A stretch of DNA of 64,000 nt from Acidimicrobiia bacterium (GTDB lineage Bacteria > Actinomycetota > Acidimicrobiia > Spongiisociales > Spongiisociaceae). The translations under genes were made by a program, and so were the position numbers. Where the stretch lies: the NCBI GenBank assembly GCA_011523635.1, contig WTGI01000013.1, positions 17,177 to 81,176 on the forward strand, in the 5' to 3' direction. The notes beneath the pieces are model-generated. The model had not been told where the DNA came from, searched no databases, and saw nothing but the letters and a program-made list of their open reading frames with translations. Positions 62,829 through 64,000 of the stretch are shown in pieces (within the stretch, counting starts at the first letter, position 1; the number at the start of each line of letters is the position of its first letter).

Positions 62829-63878
62829 CTACCGGATCGCTACGTCCACTACCAGGCGCTTTCCGAGGGTTCCCGAGGCGGCGATCTCCGCCAGCGCGGC
62901 CGGTACCTGCTCCAGGGTGATGGTCTCGCCCGTAAGGGCGCTGAGGTCGAGGTTGCCGGTGGCATGCAAGCGGTTTCCGATCACGAAGTCCTGCCGGGTG
63001 AATCCGAAGGTGGTGACCAGCGACACCTCCCTCGACAGGAAGTCGCGGAGGAAGCTGTCGAACGTGATCGACGTCCTGCCTTCGCAGATGCCCATCAGCA
63101 GGACGGTCCCGCCCCGGCGCACCGCTCGCAGCCCCAGGTCCACGCTGTCAATGTGGCCGGCCGCCTCGAACACGATGTCGGCCCCGGCCGGGGAGCCGAG
63201 GGCCCGGCTGACTCGGTGTGCCGCCTCCTCGTGCTCGACACCGGATACGTTCACCACCCCGTCGGCCCATGGCGCCGCCGCGTCGAGGCGGTCGTCAGCT
63301 ATGTCGACCGCCACCACCGTCGTGGCCCCCATCGCCCGCGCTACCTGGCAGATGGTGAGGCCGATACTGCCCACTCCGGTTACCACCACCCGGTGGCCGC
63401 CCCGGACACCGGCCCGCCGCGCGGCATGTACCGCAGCTGGTAGGGCCGATCCCAGCATCACGGCCTCCTCCACGGGTGTCCCGGGCTTGATGGGGAACAT
63501 GTGGGACTCCGGAACCGCTACGTAATCCGCGTAGCCTCCGTCGATGTTGATCCCCAGGTGACGCATCCACGGGCAGATCATGTCGTCGCCGGTGATGCAC
63601 CACTCGCATACCCCGCAGCCCACCACGGCGTCCACCACCACCATGGACTCCTCCGGGGGAGCAGCGTCTGATGTGACCTGTGCGACCTCGCCGACTATCT
63701 CGTGGCCCAGAATCCTCGGATACCCGTCCGTCGGAAGCATGCCGGACAGCATCTGCGCCTGGAACAGCCCGGCGGCGGAGGCGATGCTACGTACCAGTCC
63801 CCAGCCCGGCGGTGGCTGCGGGATCGAAGTCTCCTCCAACTCGAGCCGTCCACCCTCGTACATCCCGAGAGCGCGCAT
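62829..63878 (-). CDS. Zinc-dependent medium-chain alcohol/polyol dehydrogenase
   Basis: GHEIVGEV and CGVCEWC zinc motifs; GVGSIG Rossmann motif. Confidence 0.8.
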   Translation of the reverse strand: MRALGMYEGGRLELEETSIPQPPPGWGLVRSIASAAGLFQAQMLSGMLPTDGYPRILGHEIVGEVAQVTSDAAPPEESMVVVDAVVGCGVCEWCITGDDMICPWMRHLGINIDGGYADYVAVPESHMFPIKPGTPVEEAVMLGSALPAAVHAARRAGVRGGHRVVVTGVGSIGLTICQVARAMGATTVVAVDIADDRLDAAAPWADGVVNVSGVEHEEAAHRVSRALGSPAGADIVFEAAGHIDSVDLGLRAVRRGGTVLLMGICEGRTSITFDSFLRDFLSREVSLVTTFGFTRQDFVIGNRLHATGNLDLSALTGETITLEQVPAALAEIAASGTLGKRLVVDVAIR

Positions 63879-63915
63879 CGGTCGATCCCTTAACGAAGCG
63901 GTCGGGGGTGTTCAG

Positions 63916-64000
63916 TCGATGACGCCGGCGGTGTCGAGCTCCCAGATCAGCTCGCTGAACTGGTAACCGCCCGGCACCCAGCGCTTCCTCGAGTACCGGA
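63916..64000 (-). CDS. Partial CDS (C-terminal 28 codons; gene continues beyond window end)
   Basis: The minus-strand frame ends ...QFSELIWELDTAGVID*. Insufficient sequence to identify. Confidence 0.3.

Overview
This is a high-GC (~68%) actinobacterial-type chromosomal segment. It shares a conserved housekeeping backbone with Actinobacteria/Acidimicrobiia: hisS(partial)-aspS-rarA-alaS-ruvX-mltG-aroE, then argS, ligA, dapC/dapE, gatCAB, ilvE and gltX, with a tRNA-Gln/tRNA-Glu cluster. It also carries a glycolate oxidase glcDEF operon, a eukaryote-type GSII glutamine synthetase, an Fe-S assembly patch (nfu, erpA, mrp/apbC, cysteine desulfurase, mnmA), a glycerate kinase/LmbE/glpD block, and a form-I carbon-monoxide dehydrogenase coxMSL cluster with an XdhC-YHS accessory gene, followed by SodC and a polar amino-acid ABC transporter. 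I found no CRISPR array, rRNA, or obvious transposase. The observations most worth follow-up are: (1) a glutaredoxin-like (YruB-type) gene whose active-site CxxC has an in-frame TGA exactly where the first Cys should be, making it a candidate selenoprotein; (2) a family of tandem heptamer repeats (CAACTAG)n at several intergenic sites, carrying stop codons in all six frames; (3) a ~165-bp element bounded by a perfect 14-bp inverted repeat between aroE and the prepilin peptidase gene; (4) a lower-GC accessory patch next to tRNA-Glu encoding a Rieske oxygenase, an unusual GPP34(GOLPH3-like)-cytochrome P450 fusion, a deazaflavin-dependent reductase and a class-V PLP enzyme; (5) an XdhC/CoxF-like maturation protein fused to a YHS metal-binding domain in the CODH cluster. 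Many long ORFs antisense to real genes are high-GC artefacts and were rejected.
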